A stretch of 64,000 nucleotides of DNA from the human T2T-CHM13v2.0 reference genome, Homo sapiens. The notes beneath the pieces were generated by a model that worked only from the letters and a program-made list of their open reading frames with translations, made no database searches and was not told the DNA's origin. The DNA lies in the NCBI RefSeq assembly GCF_009914755.1, contig NC_060931.1; one strand, 5' to 3'. Positions 59,872 through 64,000 of the stretch are shown in pieces (position 1 is the stretch's first letter; each line of letters starts with the position of its first letter). The translations under genes were made by a program, and so were the position numbers.

Positions 59872-60390
59872 CTGGAGCATACATATTTGAGACACTGTGG
59901 AAGCAAGCAGCAGGTATACAAGAAATACATTATTCCCATTTCCAAAAAGATCACTATTTGATGATGCAAGGGATAAAAACAAATATCACGAGTCATATAA
60001 GTTGGTACATGTAGTAAGTAGGTAATCTAAAGAAATATCTAGATCAACTAGGGATGGAATCAAGATAATATCAAGCTTTAAAAGGTAAAATCAGATCTGT
60101 CCAGAGCTCTGGGTAAGATGAGCTTGATTTCAGTACAAGTGAAAGCAGTGAAGCCTGGGAGGAGGTTATGTCAGACAGGTAATGATGACTTTCTCCTAAG
60201 GTCAGTGGAATGGGTAGGTTACTAAAGAAGTGAAATCAATGTCATTCCCCACTGAGGGGCAAAACAGAGGAAGTCATCCAAAATAACTGATTTTGAGGCC
60301 AAGTGACTGAAATAATATGGAATTAACAATACCAACAACGAACAAGCAGAAGGAAAGCAGAGACACGAATGAGTAGCCTTTACACGTGTA

Positions 60391-60393
<3 letters not shown>

Positions 60394-60425
<32 letters not shown>

Positions 60426-60661
60426 TCTCACTCTGTCACCTAGGCTGGAGTGCAGTAGTGTGATCTTGACTCACTGCACCCTCTGCCTCACAGTTCAAGT
60501 GATTCTCCTGCCTCAGTCTACCAAGTAGCTGGGATTATAGGCATATGGCACCACGTCCGGCTAGTATTTGTATTTTTTGTAGATACAGGGTTTTGCCATA
60601 TTGGTCAGGCTGGTCTTGAACTCCTGACCTCAAGTGATCTGCCCGCCTCGACCTCCCAAGG
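60394..60661 (-). mobile_element. 5'-truncated Alu with a (TG)n tract at the tail position (60394-60423)
   Basis: Alu body directly adjoining a GT repeat. Confidence 0.92.
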
Positions 60662-61041
60662 TACTGTTATTAATATAAGCCTATCCACAGTGAAAGAACA
60701 TTACATAAAAGTCTACTAGCTTATTTACTGTCAGTTGACCATGATGCCTTTTAACTATTTTTTGTTCTAATTTAAAAAAAAAAGTTTCCCTGTCCATCTT
60801 AGTACTGCATTTGAAAAAAAGGAGTGAAGGGAAAACCTGTGCCTACAAACCTCTTCCAAGTTCCTAATAAAATGTACAAGGCAGCAAACAAAACATTCAA
60901 ATCTTGTAAATAGCACTGAAAACCGAAATGTCCAACAAATGCTAGTCACAGAGTAATTTCCACAAAATCTCATGCCACTAGAGAAACAAAGTTGAAGAAA
61001 TGTACACTTCAATCACTATTGATTAAGAAGTTAATATGCTT

Positions 61042-61262
61042 TGTTCTGAACTGCCCTATGCTCCCCTGTCCCATTCAGGTTGAAGTCCTAAACCTCAATG
61101 CAATGCAATGGCATGTGGATGTAGGCTCTTTAATGAGGTATTTAAGGTTAAGTGAGGTCAGGTGAGTGGGACCCGAATCTAACAGAACTACTGTCCTTAT
61201 AAGAACAGGAAGAGAGACCAGAGATCTCTCTGCACGTGCACAGAGGACAGATCATGTAAGAA
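61042..61262 (+). mobile_element. MaLR LTR fragment (MLT1-type)
   Basis: gttgaagtcctaaacctc...gtccttataagaacaggaagagagacc. Confidence 0.75.
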
Positions 61263-61454
61263 CTAGAGCCCATAAGATGGAAGAGCAACCAAGGTAGCTT
61301 CGCGAAAGGACCAGTGAGAGCTTCCCAGAGGTGTGCGGTCCAAATCCAATACTGAAGGACTAAAAGGATTTTTCAAAAGGACTCTCTAAGACACAGGCAT
61401 AGAAGCATGTGAGAAGAGGATGGAATGTTTTCCGTTTTAAAAAATGATGTCTCC

Positions 61455-64000
<2,546 letters not shown>

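Overview
Primate (almost certainly human) genomic DNA, entirely inside a TYW1-family gene (wybutosine-synthesis radical-SAM enzyme) on the minus strand. Four coding exons can be read with canonical GT/AG borders and matching phases: 59145-59027, 43466-43357, 28325-28148 and 9379-9244. The second exon has an in-frame TAG at 43430-43432 where TYW1 has Trp. Together with several substitutions relative to TYW1 as I recall it, this points to the duplicate TYW1B and an ORF-disrupted allele. The introns are mostly interspersed repeats: about 56 Alus (roughly a quarter of the window), several L1 pieces, ERV1/ERVL/MaLR solo LTRs, MER DNA transposons, MIR/L2 and microsatellites. There is also a 400-bp PRRC2A (BAT2) 3'-end retrocopy with a 14-bp target-site duplication. 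Nearly all ORFs in the supplied track are repeat-derived artefacts. I found no new multi-gene system. The best leads are the premature stop and its possible escape routes, an LTR10-type promoter with a p53-like decamer array oriented with the gene, the PRRC2A retrocopy, an 88-bp mini-LTR and an A-rich splice acceptor. Repeat subfamily names and TYW1/PRRC2A comparisons come from recognition, not from a database search; repeat boundaries are approximate unless a TSD is given.
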